DNA of 64,000 nucleotides from Chitinophagales bacterium (GTDB lineage Bacteria; Bacteroidota; Bacteroidia; Chitinophagales; JADIYW01), in assembly GCA_046329815.1 (NCBI GenBank), contig JAXLTY010000003.1:18888-82887 (forward strand). The letters run 5' to 3'. Under the pieces are notes generated by a model. It had not been told where the DNA came from, did not search any database, and saw only the letters and a list, made by a program, of their open reading frames with translations. The position numbers were made by a program, and so were the translations under genes. Shown here piece by piece: positions 27,665 through 36,761 of the stretch. Position 1 is the stretch's first letter; each line of letters begins with the position of its first letter.

Positions 27665-28642
27665 TTATCCTAACACCGCCTCTTTATTATATTTTCCTTT
27701 ATATTCTATCGGTGACATGCCAGTAATCTTGCGGAAGACTTCACGGAAGGCCTTGATGTCGGAATAGCCAACATCGTACATGACTTCGTTGATGGTCTTG
27801 CGCGTGTTCTCCAGTGTTTTCTTCGCTGATTCGATCTTTACACGCTGTGCATATTCCAACGGTGTGTTGCCGGTGGCTTTGACGAATCGCCTGTCGAAGT
27901 TTCTTCTGCCCACTGCAAACTTAGACGATAAATGTTCTACCGATATTTTTTCGTGCAGGTTCTTTTCTATGTATGCCTGCGCTTTTACCACCATTTCATC
28001 ACCGTGCTGTTTTTGTCCGGTGAAAATCGCAAAGGTGGACTGGCTGTTGCGGTCCACTTCTATCTGGAAAACCTTCGTGCAAAAGATGGCGGTTTCGCGA
28101 TTGAAGTATTTCTCTACCAGATAAATCATCAGGTTTAAAAAAGAAAACGCGCCGCCGTTAGTGTAGATGCCGTTCTCATCCGTGATGAGCTTATCCGGCT
28201 GCAGGTCAACATCCGGAAATAACTGCCTGAAATGATTAGCGAGATTCCAGTGCGTAGAACAACTCTTACCATCGATCAAACCTGTGGAAGCCAATAAGAA
28301 TGCGCCGGAACAGATACTCGCAATTTCAGCACCTGCATGATATTGCTTGGTCACCCAGTGGATGAGCAGCTTGTTATCACCAATAAAGTTTTCATCGTAC
28401 GCGCAGGAAGGAATGATGATAAGGTCGGCTTTTTTTATTTCTTTGATGTTTATTGGATGAATGGAAAAATAACCGGCATCGAGTTTCAGCTCACTCATAA
28501 AACCTGCAATGCGCACTTCCATTTTTGACTTGTTCCCTATTCGCTGCCAGTAAGCATTGGCGCTGTTCAATACCTGGAACGCACCGGTAACACTGCTCAG
28601 CGTTACTTTTCCTTTCGGAATCACTATTACAACCTGCTTCAT
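27665..28642 (-). CDS. GlxA-family transcriptional regulator (DJ-1/PfpI domain + AraC-type HTH)
   Basis: 325 aa. The N-terminal half has 'IASICSGAFLLASTGLIDGK' (DJ-1 nucleophile elbow). The C-terminus has 'GNTPLEYAQRVKIESAKKTLE…YDVGYSDIKAFREVFRKITGMSPIEY' (AraC HTH). Confidence 0.88.
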   Translation of the reverse strand: MKQVVIVIPKGKVTLSSVTGAFQVLNSANAYWQRIGNKSKMEVRIAGFMSELKLDAGYFSIHPINIKEIKKADLIIIPSCAYDENFIGDNKLLIHWVTKQYHAGAEIASICSGAFLLASTGLIDGKSCSTHWNLANHFRQLFPDVDLQPDKLITDENGIYTNGGAFSFLNLMIYLVEKYFNRETAIFCTKVFQIEVDRNSQSTFAIFTGQKQHGDEMVVKAQAYIEKNLHEKISVEHLSSKFAVGRRNFDRRFVKATGNTPLEYAQRVKIESAKKTLENTRKTINEVMYDVGYSDIKAFREVFRKITGMSPIEYKGKYNKEAVLG

Positions 28643-28787
28643 ATTGTTGCTGTTTTAATCCTATTATTTGACAGTATAAAGGTACATTATTACTTTGTCC
28701 AAATCAACCCATTAAAATGTCTTTTTTACACCTTTACGAACTCACATTCAGCGAGTATCTTTACATTATTAATTTAAACCAAATAAC

Positions 28788-29270
28788 ATGACAACAACAG
28801 CAATTAGCATTAAAATGGTATTGGACAGATGGTATGGTTCCATAAAGAATTTCGATAAACATCTTGACGGATGGAGTGACGAAACACTGTACCAGCAAAT
28901 TGCTCCAGGCAAAAACAGAGGTATTTATTTATTAGGACATCTTATTGCAGTGCATGACGATATGCTTTTGTTACTGGATATGGGCGAGAAATTGTATCCT
29001 GAATTGTACGAGCCCTTCTTGAAAAATGCGGATGATGCGAATGCACAAATACCATCGGCTGCAACACTAAGAAGCTATTGGACCAATCAGTGTGCTATAT
29101 TAAAACAAAAATTTGACAGTATGAAAACAGAAGACTGGTTTGAGAAACATACCGCTGTCTCTGCAGAAGATTTTGCCAATGAACCACACCGCAATAAATT
29201 AAATATCATCATTACAAGAACGTCTCATTTGCAATACCACACCGGACAAGTAGTTTTACTAAACAATTAA
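28788..29270 (+). CDS. DinB-family protein
   Basis: 160 aa with a four-helix-bundle-type sequence, 'LLGHLIAVHD…' and a C-terminal 'HLQYHTGQ' His triad pattern. Confidence 0.65.
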   Translation: MTTTAISIKMVLDRWYGSIKNFDKHLDGWSDETLYQQIAPGKNRGIYLLGHLIAVHDDMLLLLDMGEKLYPELYEPFLKNADDANAQIPSAATLRSYWTNQCAILKQKFDSMKTEDWFEKHTAVSAEDFANEPHRNKLNIIITRTSHLQYHTGQVVLLNN

Positions 29271-29280
29271 GATCATAAAA

Positions 29281-29772
29281 ATGAGTACAGCAAATTTTAC
29301 CACAACAATAGTGGTTAACCAAACGCCAAAAGAAGTATTTGATGCCCTTAATCATGTGCGTGGCTGGTGGTCGGAATCCATAAAAGGCAACACGGAAGAA
29401 CTGAACGGCGAGTTCCATTATCATTATGAAGATGTGCATCGCTGTACGATGAAAATTATCGAATCTGTTCCTGAGCAAAAAGTAGTTTGGCTGGTGCTGG
29501 AAAACTATTTTAAGTTTACCAAAGATACTAACGAATGGACAGGCGATAAAATTGTTTTTGACATTACAGAGAAAGATAGCAAAACGGAACTGCGTATGAC
29601 GCAGCAAGGTTTGACCAGTGCTTATGAATGTTTCGATATTTGTAAAGATGCATGGACAAATTACATTCAGAAAAGTTTGAAGAACCTTATTGAAACAGGA
29701 AAAGGTTATCCAAACGGAAAAGGCAAACCGCAAACGGAGAATGAAAAGAAATTAAGTTCTGACGATAAATGA
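29281..29772 (+). CDS. SRPBCC-family protein (Aha1/START-like)
   Basis: 163 aa with 'PKEVFDALNHVRGWWSESIKGNTEELNGEF'. It is a paralog of 29832..30266. Confidence 0.75.
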   Translation: MSTANFTTTIVVNQTPKEVFDALNHVRGWWSESIKGNTEELNGEFHYHYEDVHRCTMKIIESVPEQKVVWLVLENYFKFTKDTNEWTGDKIVFDITEKDSKTELRMTQQGLTSAYECFDICKDAWTNYIQKSLKNLIETGKGYPNGKGKPQTENEKKLSSDDK

Positions 29773-29805
29773 TTGCTTCGTGCCTCGCAATGACGCGAAG
29801 CGTAT
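29771..29805. repeat. Interspersed repeat family R1 (gattgcttcgtNcctcgcaatgacgcg…), short copy
   Basis: 'gattgcttcgtgcctcgcaatgacgcgaagcgta'. The same word recurs at 30278-30412, 32371-32455, 37986-38078, 52305-52382, 60138-60205 and 61381-61480. Confidence 0.8.
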
Positions 29806-29831
29806 GTTTAGAATAAAATAAAAAGAAAACA

Positions 29832-30266
29832 ATGAAAGGGAAAGATTATAACATCAGCATTACTGTTGATGCAGATGCAGCAACGGCTTTTAATGCTATA
29901 AATGATATTAAAGGATGGTGGTCAACGGATTTTGAAGGACAATCGGAAAAATTTGACGATGTCTTTACGGTGCGTTTCGGTGAAACGTTTATCACACTAA
30001 AAATTATTGAATTTATTCCTGATCAAAAGATCGGCTGGCATGTGATCGATGGTTATAAGCACTGGTTAAAAAATAAAAAGGAGTGGCACGATACTAAAAT
30101 GGTTTGGGAAATTGCTGAACAGGAAAATAAAACGCAAATCCATTTTACACATGTCGGTTTAGTGCCAGGTATTGAATGTTATAACGGTTGCGAAAATGCC
30201 TGGAACGGATACATTAAAGACAGTTTATTTCAATTGATAACAGCAGGCAAAGGAAAACCAAGCTGA
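29832..30266 (+). CDS. SRPBCC-family protein (Aha1/START-like)
   Basis: 144 aa with 'AFNAINDIKGWWSTDFEGQSEKFDDVF'. It is a tandem paralog of the previous gene. Confidence 0.75.
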   Translation: MKGKDYNISITVDADAATAFNAINDIKGWWSTDFEGQSEKFDDVFTVRFGETFITLKIIEFIPDQKIGWHVIDGYKHWLKNKKEWHDTKMVWEIAEQENKTQIHFTHVGLVPGIECYNGCENAWNGYIKDSLFQLITAGKGKPS

Positions 30267-30277
30267 TAACCTAAAAG

Positions 30278-30412
30278 ATGATGTGCTTCGACAAGCTCAG
30301 CATGACAGCGGCACGGATGATTGAGATTGCTTCACTTCGTTCAGAATGACGCGAGGCATGTGGTTTGATGCTTCGATGCTTCGACAAGTTCAGTGTGACG
30401 CGAGGCGTGAGT
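30278..30412. repeat. R1-family composite repeat (two 'gcttcgacaagctcagcatgac' words flanking 'gattgcttcacttcgttcagaatgacgcgagg')
   Basis: Seen directly in the sequence. It is similar in architecture to 32371-32455 and 37986-38078. Confidence 0.8.
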
Positions 30413-30779
30413 CTTATCCAATAAGCTGGATGAACAGCGAATATCAACTAGGGCGAATTAAAAAACGCGTAGATTCTATAGAAAAGCATAATCCTAATTT
30501 TTACGAATGGATTGGGTGATTTTTCTATTAACCTGGCACCGGATACTATGGTATCCGTATTTCAAAAGATGATTATGTCGATTTTGAACAGCCGGATTTT
30601 GAAATTGTGAAACGCGATGAAAACGTTTTGGCTTTATTTCCGGAAGAAATGGTGTAGTGTTTTGTTGGTTAGGAAACTAACAACGGCAGATAGACTGCTG
30701 AAGGCAAGAGGTTTTTCTCACAGATTGCACTGATTTATACAGATTGTTAGAGTCAGGATTGTTAGAAATGACGATGTTG

Positions 30780-31044
30780 TAGAATAATGTTGTTTAATCT
30801 TTACAAATCTAAAGTAAGGTAATCTAAATTTTGTTATTCCATAGGAATAATCTGTTTATAGATATGTTTACAACTAAAACCCAGCTCCGTAGGAGCGCAT
30901 TACACAGGTCGCTCCTACGGAGCTTATCGAGAATTATCTCTTTTGTCTATAAACAGCTTGTCCTTGCAGGACAAGCAATTGCTTTCAAAATATTTATAAT
31001 GGAAATCAAAATCAATCATTTATATTTATAACAACATTATTCTA
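30780..31044. mobile_element. MITE-like element bounded by a 15-bp perfect inverted repeat (tagaataatgttgtt / aacaacattattcta)
   Basis: The inverted repeat arms are at 30780-30794 and 31030-31044. Inside is the hairpin gctccgtaggagcg…cgctcctacggagc (about 30883-30925). No coding capacity beyond a repeat-derived 66-aa ORF. Confidence 0.35.
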
Positions 31045-31239
31045 CTACATTACCTTAGAAATCCATTTCAAAAGTGATGGATTTTTTTATTGGTTCAGGG
31101 TCTTGTCGGTCGGTATCAACATCTTCTCAAACAACTGATACCGTCTTCTTTATGCGTTCATTTCCTGCATAATACACACCTCGTGGATTATTTGGTTGCG
31201 CAGAATTGAATCCGGTGATTAATTTTAATCTAGCATAAT

Positions 31240-32223
31240 ATGATCAAAATCGGTATTATAGGTCTCGGCCGTCTTGGTTCGCAACACTTAGAGCGATTGC
31301 TGGAAATAGAATATTTCACAGTAATCGGCTGTTATGATAGCGATGCCGCTTTGGTGCAGCATATCACCGAGGATTTTGATGTGACTTGTTTTGATGATGT
31401 TGATACATTAATGGATCTCTGCAATGCTGTTGCTATCGTAACGCCTGCCAGTTCTCATTTCTATTACGCGGAAAAAGCCATCAAGAAAGGCAAGCATGTT
31501 TTTGTAGAAAAGCCACTATCCAATGATCTGGAAGAAGCAAAAATACTGGTAGAACTGGTGCGCGAAGCCGGTATCAAATTCCAGGTCGGACATATAGAGC
31601 GTTTTAATCCGGCTTATTTGGCCTTGAAAAACCAGCCGATGAATCCGATGCTGATCGAGGCACACCGCCTATCGTATTTTGACGCACGCGGCACCGATGT
31701 TTCAGTGGTCCTGGACTTAATGCTACATGATATTGACATCGTACTGAATTTAGTAAAGACGAATATACGAAGTATCAGCGCCAGCGGCTTGGCGATGCTT
31801 TCCGATCATATTGACATTGCCAATGCACGTATCGAGTTTGATAATGGCTGTGTGGCGAATCTTACCGCAAGCCGCGCTACTACGCAGAAAATGCGCAAGA
31901 TGCTGCTCTTTGAAAGAGATCATCATTATACACTGGATTTTCTGAACCGAGAAACCGAATTGATCAAATTATCAGAAACGGCCGGACATAATTCAGTTGC
32001 GCTACGCATGGAAAATCATACCAAATATTTAAATACGGAAACGCTGGTACTGGAAGAGTATGATGCGCTTAAAGAAGAATTACGCAGCTTCGCGGAATGT
32101 CTTATTTTCAATACCGAACCAAAAGTTACTGCTTTGGATGGCATGAAAAGTTTGGAAGTGGCGCATGAAATTTTACATAAGATCAATAAGATCAACGGAA
32201 ATGTTTTGTTGAAAGCGATTTAA
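31240..32223 (+). CDS. Gfo/Idh/MocA-family NAD(P)-dependent oxidoreductase
   Basis: 327 aa with an N-terminal Rossmann motif 'MIKIGIIGLGRLGSQH' and 'HVFVEKPLS', typical of the family. Confidence 0.88.
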   Translation: MIKIGIIGLGRLGSQHLERLLEIEYFTVIGCYDSDAALVQHITEDFDVTCFDDVDTLMDLCNAVAIVTPASSHFYYAEKAIKKGKHVFVEKPLSNDLEEAKILVELVREAGIKFQVGHIERFNPAYLALKNQPMNPMLIEAHRLSYFDARGTDVSVVLDLMLHDIDIVLNLVKTNIRSISASGLAMLSDHIDIANARIEFDNGCVANLTASRATTQKMRKMLLFERDHHYTLDFLNRETELIKLSETAGHNSVALRMENHTKYLNTETLVLEEYDALKEELRSFAECLIFNTEPKVTALDGMKSLEVAHEILHKINKINGNVLLKAI

Positions 32224-32370
32224 GATTGTTGAATTGTTAGAGTCAGGATTGTTAGAGTCAAGACTATTAAATGCCAGATTTTTTTTCTCACGGATTTCAC
32301 GGATTTACTTTTACTTTTTGATGCCCAAAAGAAACCAAAAAGCTTTTTGCGGTTTAGTGATTTGTTTATG

Positions 32371-32455
32371 ATGATATGTGCTTCGACAAGCTCAGCATGA
32401 CAGAGAAATGACAGAGATTGCTTCGTTCCTCGCAATGACGCGATGCGTGTGGTTT
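32371..32455. repeat. R1-family repeat copy
   Basis: 'gtgcttcgacaagctcagcatgacagagaaatgacagagattgcttcgttcctcgcaatgacgcgatgcgtg'. Confidence 0.8.
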
Positions 32456-32469
32456 GTAATGCAAATAAT

Positions 32470-32505
32470 AAAAAAACCGTCTCGGTTATGAGACGGTTTT
32501 TGTTT
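32470..32505 (-). terminator. Bidirectional terminator hairpin downstream of the TonB-dependent receptor
   Basis: Stem aaccgtctc/gagacggtt, flanked by an A-run and a T-run. Confidence 0.8.
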
Positions 32506-32523
32506 TATTGATATCAATTCTTT

Positions 32524-35500
32524 TTAGAATTCTCTGCCACCTTTGTTGTCAGCGTGGTTTGCTTTCCATTCTTTGCCTTGGTCAAATGTTACACCAACGA
32601 AGAATGTGCGACCGATAAACGGACCACCTACGTTTGTTCTGTAATCCGGACCAGCGATGTTTGTAGCACCTACTTTGAATGTTGTAAATGCTTTTTCGCA
32701 GAAGTAGCTTAAACTTGCGTCTAACATACCACGCGCTTTAACTGTACCATCTGCAAAGTCAGAAGACCAATCGATCTTAGACTGCCATCTGTAATCTAAA
32801 GAGAAGCCCAAACCTTTCCATACGTTTACGCCAGAGATACCTGCAAACACCTGATGTTTAGAAGAGTTGAAACCTAAGTCGCTTGCTTTAGCAGTAGATG
32901 TTCCCTGATCTTTAATTTTGTAATCCATATAGTTATAGCTTGCTCTGATCTGGATGCTTTTGGTAATCATGTATCCTAAACCTAAACCAACACCATAAGA
33001 ATATACTTTATCTGCTAAGTTTGTGTATGGTCTCCAAGATGTACCCGGAACGATTGGTAAACCTTTGTGGAATGTAGTGTCTTTATTTACTACTGAAAGT
33101 TGTCCGATGAAGTCTTTGTAAATATTGAAATAACCATTCAAGTCAATCAATAATTTATTTGCTATAACACCTTTGTAACCTAATTCTACCACCTGTAAGT
33201 TTTCAGGTTTTACATAATTGATGTAAGCAGTTTGTAACAATGAAGAATCTGCAGTTCCTGTTAAAGAAGAAGCTACAAATGCATTATATGAATCCTGTGA
33301 CCAAGCACCACCTTCATAGATACCATAACGTTCAGCATTTTCTCTGGTTCCACCTAACAAGATATTTGTTGTCGGGAAATAGATGTATTGTGCCTGTGAG
33401 TCCGGATTTCTGAAACCTGTTTGGTATGATACACGAACATTATGTTCTTTGTTTTTACCGAATGAACCTACTACAGCCACACGCGGCGAAACAATCATTT
33501 TAAAGTTTTGGTTTTTATCAATACGAACTGATGCCTGAATTTTTAAATGGTCGTTGATTAACTTGCGTGATAACTGTAAGAACGCACCGTATTCTTTAAT
33601 CTTGATTCTTTTGTAAGTACCTGTTCCATCCGGATCTTCGTTGAATACTGTACCTTGAGTAGATAAGCTATACAAACGATAGTTACCACCTACCTGGATA
33701 TCGATCCATTTTCCTGTCCAGCGAGAAAGGTCTAACATCGCTTCTGTATGCCATAAACGAGAATTGTCAATGAAACCTGCACCACCACGTTGGAATAAAC
33801 CGTTGCGTACCGCATCGATCTGTGCCTGTTGCTCTTCTTTCGTTAAAGAGTTCCAAGGTCTGTCCGCTCTTGCTCTTGCAGAGTCGTTCAAAGTTTGAAT
33901 GAATTGTTCGTTTGCCAATTGTAATGCAGCAGCAGCAGATGGTGATTGTAATGCCAAACCAATAATAGTCGGTGCATATCTGCCGATATAGGTTGGTACC
34001 CATTGTGTACTGGATGGCGAAGCTGCTTCATTGGTATAAGCACCTAATGCCGTCATGTTATAAGAGTCACCGTCTTTAGTTTGCGACATGTAAGAACGTA
34101 TAAAGAAGTCTTTACTTTTGATCTCTACTTTGTGGAATTGTTGTGTAAAGTTTCTTAACGCATAACGCTCAGAACCCTGATAAACAGAGTTGCCATAACC
34201 GATTCTGTAGTTGTAAGAGAACTCATATGATTTATCTTTGAACGGACGAACATAAATACCAAAGTCACCTTTGATTGATTGTGCTTTATTGTTATCCAAT
34301 AATTGTCCTTCTTTCAAACCTGTTCTTCTTAAATCAAAACCTAATAAAGAACGAACAGAGTCAATTCTTGAAGTAGCGAATTCGGTCGCTTTAACATTCG
34401 TAATACTGTCAATAGTTGCTCCTTTAGTTGCTAAAATAGCAGCGGTATTATTATTAATTAAAGTTTGAACCTGATTTTGTACTTGTGCAGCAATTACTGC
34501 CTGTCCTGCAGGTGATGCTATATAAGCATCAGCCATTGCATTAGCCGTTGCAGGGTCTGCACCACCAGCAATTGCCTGGTCGTACACTTGCTGGCGAACA
34601 GCAGCAGTAACACCTGCTGTAATTGCAGGAATATTGGCATTTACCTGTGCAGTAACAGCAGCTCTGATTTGCGCTTCAACGCCTGCTGCTACTTGCGGAC
34701 GAACAGCCGGTGTAACAGCCGCAGTACCGCTTGCGATAAAACCTGATCTTAATTTTTCATAAGGAACAAAAATTCTGCTTTCATCACCGTATGTATTTAA
34801 ACCGTCAAAGTTTGGTGCATTCGTTGGATTGCCATCAATTACTCTGTCTGTTCCGTAGTCATTCGCAGACCAGTCAGTACCTTGAAAAATACTGAAGTTC
34901 GCTTTTATAGCAACGATGTCCTCACCTGTTTTTTTAGATTTGAATGCATGAGCAATTCTCAAAGCAGCAGTACCCATTGGTTTTACACCGTAGTTATTTT
35001 TTGCCTGAGAAAAACCGCCTTTTACCTGGAAACTAAAGCCAGGTTGTTCGAACGGATTTTTAGAGTTCATTAACAAGATACCATTGAACGCATTCGGTCC
35101 GTATAATGCAGAAGCCGCACCAGGCAACAATTCCACGTTATTGATATCCAATTCGCCGATACCCACTACGTTACCTGTAGGAAAGTTCAATAATGGTGCT
35201 GCGTTATCCATACCATCCATTAACTGCACAAAACGCGTATTGGAAATACCACCGAAACCACGTGTGTTCACAGAAGTCAAGGTCATTGAACCGTTGATGG
35301 TTTGTACACCTTTCAGTTTTGATAAATCGTCATAGTAATCTGTAGCGGCTGCCGTTTTGATCATTTTCTGATCCATTTTTTCAATGGTTACCGGCGACTG
35401 CAATATCTTTTCTTCTACTCTTGATGCGGAAACCACCACATCATTCAACAAGCTGGTTTCTTCAGAAAGCGTAACATTAACATCATCTTTGCTGCCGTCA

Positions 35501-35742
35501 ATCTGTAATTCAGATGTTGCCATACCGACCATAGAAATAGTCAATGTTAATGGTACCGGCTGATTTGTTGTAATTTCAAATTTTCCGTCAATATCTGTAA
35601 CGGTACCTTCAGTTGTACCTTTTATCGATACATTTGCACCGATTACGGCCTCTTTACCGTCGGTGACTTTACCTTTAATAACGGTCTGGGCCATCATGGT
35701 AAATCCCGAGAGCAGGAATAGTAGTAGTAAATTTAGTTTCAT
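32524..35742 (-). CDS. TonB-dependent outer-membrane receptor with N-terminal carboxypeptidase-regulatory-like domain
   Basis: Signal peptide, then 'VIKGKVTDGKEAVIGANVSIKGTTEGTVTDIDGKFEI' (CarboxypepD_reg), a plug domain and a C-terminal beta-barrel ending in an aromatic residue (…GGREF). The start at MKLNLLLLF is preferred to the track start at 35754. An unusual Ala/Val/Gln-rich insert lies at nt 34420-34734. Confidence 0.9.
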   Translation of the reverse strand: MKLNLLLLFLLSGFTMMAQTVIKGKVTDGKEAVIGANVSIKGTTEGTVTDIDGKFEITTNQPVPLTLTISMVGMATSELQIDGSKDDVNVTLSEETSLLNDVVVSASRVEEKILQSPVTIEKMDQKMIKTAAATDYYDDLSKLKGVQTINGSMTLTSVNTRGFGGISNTRFVQLMDGMDNAAPLLNFPTGNVVGIGELDINNVELLPGAASALYGPNAFNGILLMNSKNPFEQPGFSFQVKGGFSQAKNNYGVKPMGTAALRIAHAFKSKKTGEDIVAIKANFSIFQGTDWSANDYGTDRVIDGNPTNAPNFDGLNTYGDESRIFVPYEKLRSGFIASGTAAVTPAVRPQVAAGVEAQIRAAVTAQVNANIPAITAGVTAAVRQQVYDQAIAGGADPATANAMADAYIASPAGQAVIAAQVQNQVQTLINNNTAAILATKGATIDSITNVKATEFATSRIDSVRSLLGFDLRRTGLKEGQLLDNNKAQSIKGDFGIYVRPFKDKSYEFSYNYRIGYGNSVYQGSERYALRNFTQQFHKVEIKSKDFFIRSYMSQTKDGDSYNMTALGAYTNEAASPSSTQWVPTYIGRYAPTIIGLALQSPSAAAALQLANEQFIQTLNDSARARADRPWNSLTKEEQQAQIDAVRNGLFQRGGAGFIDNSRLWHTEAMLDLSRWTGKWIDIQVGGNYRLYSLSTQGTVFNEDPDGTGTYKRIKIKEYGAFLQLSRKLINDHLKIQASVRIDKNQNFKMIVSPRVAVVGSFGKNKEHNVRVSYQTGFRNPDSQAQYIYFPTTNILLGGTRENAERYGIYEGGAWSQDSYNAFVASSLTGTADSSLLQTAYINYVKPENLQVVELGYKGVIANKLLIDLNGYFNIYKDFIGQLSVVNKDTTFHKGLPIVPGTSWRPYTNLADKVYSYGVGLGLGYMITKSIQIRASYNYMDYKIKDQGTSTAKASDLGFNSSKHQVFAGISGVNVWKGLGFSLDYRWQSKIDWSSDFADGTVKARGMLDASLSYFCEKAFTTFKVGATNIAGPDYRTNVGGPFIGRTFFVGVTFDQGKEWKANHADNKGGREF

Positions 35743-35861
35743 ATTGTGTCTCATACTGTTTATTTTTCGGCAAGATATACAAAAGATTTAATACATTTAT
35801 TACCATTTCTTAACAATATGTGTAAATTCTGAAAAAAATCACCTTTTACAGTTAGATATAT

Positions 35862-35895
35862 AAAAAAGAAGTCTCAACTATGAAATTGAGACTCT
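35862..35895 (-). terminator. Terminator hairpin
   Basis: Stem agtctcaa/ttgagact, followed by a T-run on the minus strand. It lies downstream of 35925..36653. Confidence 0.65.
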
Positions 35896-35924
35896 TTGTG
35901 GGTTTGAATGCATTTTTGGCGGTT

Positions 35925-36653
35925 TTATTGTGCTTCTGCTTCAGTTTTATTTTTGTTTTTTATGCGTTGAAAAAGTCCTTTTTTTTGTGGTTGTTCTGTT
36001 GATGATGTATCACCTTGGTCATCTGTTTTAGATTTAGCAGACGAACCTGCCGGCATCATCCTGGTATCTATCAAAACGCCATCGTTGTTATAATTTTCAA
36101 TACGTTCGACAACACCTGTTTCCGTATAGTATGTCCATTTTCCGATACGGATATTGCACTGACGGTTTTGCTGCATTTTGCTCCATTCCACATTTTGATT
36201 TTGGCGAAACTGACCTTCTACTTTCAGCATTTCATTATCGTGATATGCTTTATAGCTACCGCATAAACAATCTTCGTACTGGAATGCAACATGTTTCAGC
36301 TTATCATCTGCACCATAGGTATAAAGCAAGCAAGGCAAACACGCACCGGAAGCATCCCAGAATTTTTTGTATTCAAAATATTTACTCTTGGTTATTTCAA
36401 AACCATTGCACATATAAGCAACACCAAACGGCGTCAGGCGTTCTTCCAGATACACATCATAGGTTCTGAGTGTATCTATTTTTTTTACCTGATTAACATT
36501 GTTTTGAGAAAAGTAAAAAGTATCTGCTGTTTTGGAACGCGATACTTTCATTTCGTAAGGATCGACTACATCAATCAGTTCCTGCGCGAAAAGATGGTTA
36601 GATGCAAACTGAATAATAAATAAAACAAAAAGAAATTGTAATACTTTCTTCAT
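35925..36653 (-). CDS. Secreted hypothetical protein with MORN-variant/YwqK-like repeat
   Basis: 242 aa with a signal peptide (MKKVLQFLFVLFIIQFASNHLFAQ), 'GKWTYYTETGVVERIENYNNDG' and a low-complexity basic/acidic tail. Confidence 0.55.
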   Translation of the reverse strand: MKKVLQFLFVLFIIQFASNHLFAQELIDVVDPYEMKVSRSKTADTFYFSQNNVNQVKKIDTLRTYDVYLEERLTPFGVAYMCNGFEITKSKYFEYKKFWDASGACLPCLLYTYGADDKLKHVAFQYEDCLCGSYKAYHDNEMLKVEGQFRQNQNVEWSKMQQNRQCNIRIGKWTYYTETGVVERIENYNNDGVLIDTRMMPAGSSAKSKTDDQGDTSSTEQPQKKGLFQRIKNKNKTEAEAQ

Positions 36654-36761
36654 AGCGATGCTAAAAGTACGGCTGATTTTTATTTCTATACCTTGTTAAC
36701 AACCAACAGATGTTGATAGTGATGTGCGATTTACGATGTACGATGTACAATTTAGAACGAT

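Noticed and set aside
29212-29733. 173-aa minus-strand ORF antisense to the SRPBCC gene 29281..29772.
   Set aside because: It overlaps almost completely a plus-strand gene that has clear family motifs and a paralog next door. The antisense translation is Cys/Phe-rich with no motif.
32220-32435. 71-aa ORF (MRGTKQSLSFLCHAELVEAH…). The 66-aa ORF at 30831..31031 is similar.
   Set aside because: Both are composed entirely of interspersed repeat words (R1 'SLRGTKQS/CHAELVEA'-type and the 'tacggagc' hairpin element). These are typical repeat-derived pseudo-ORFs.
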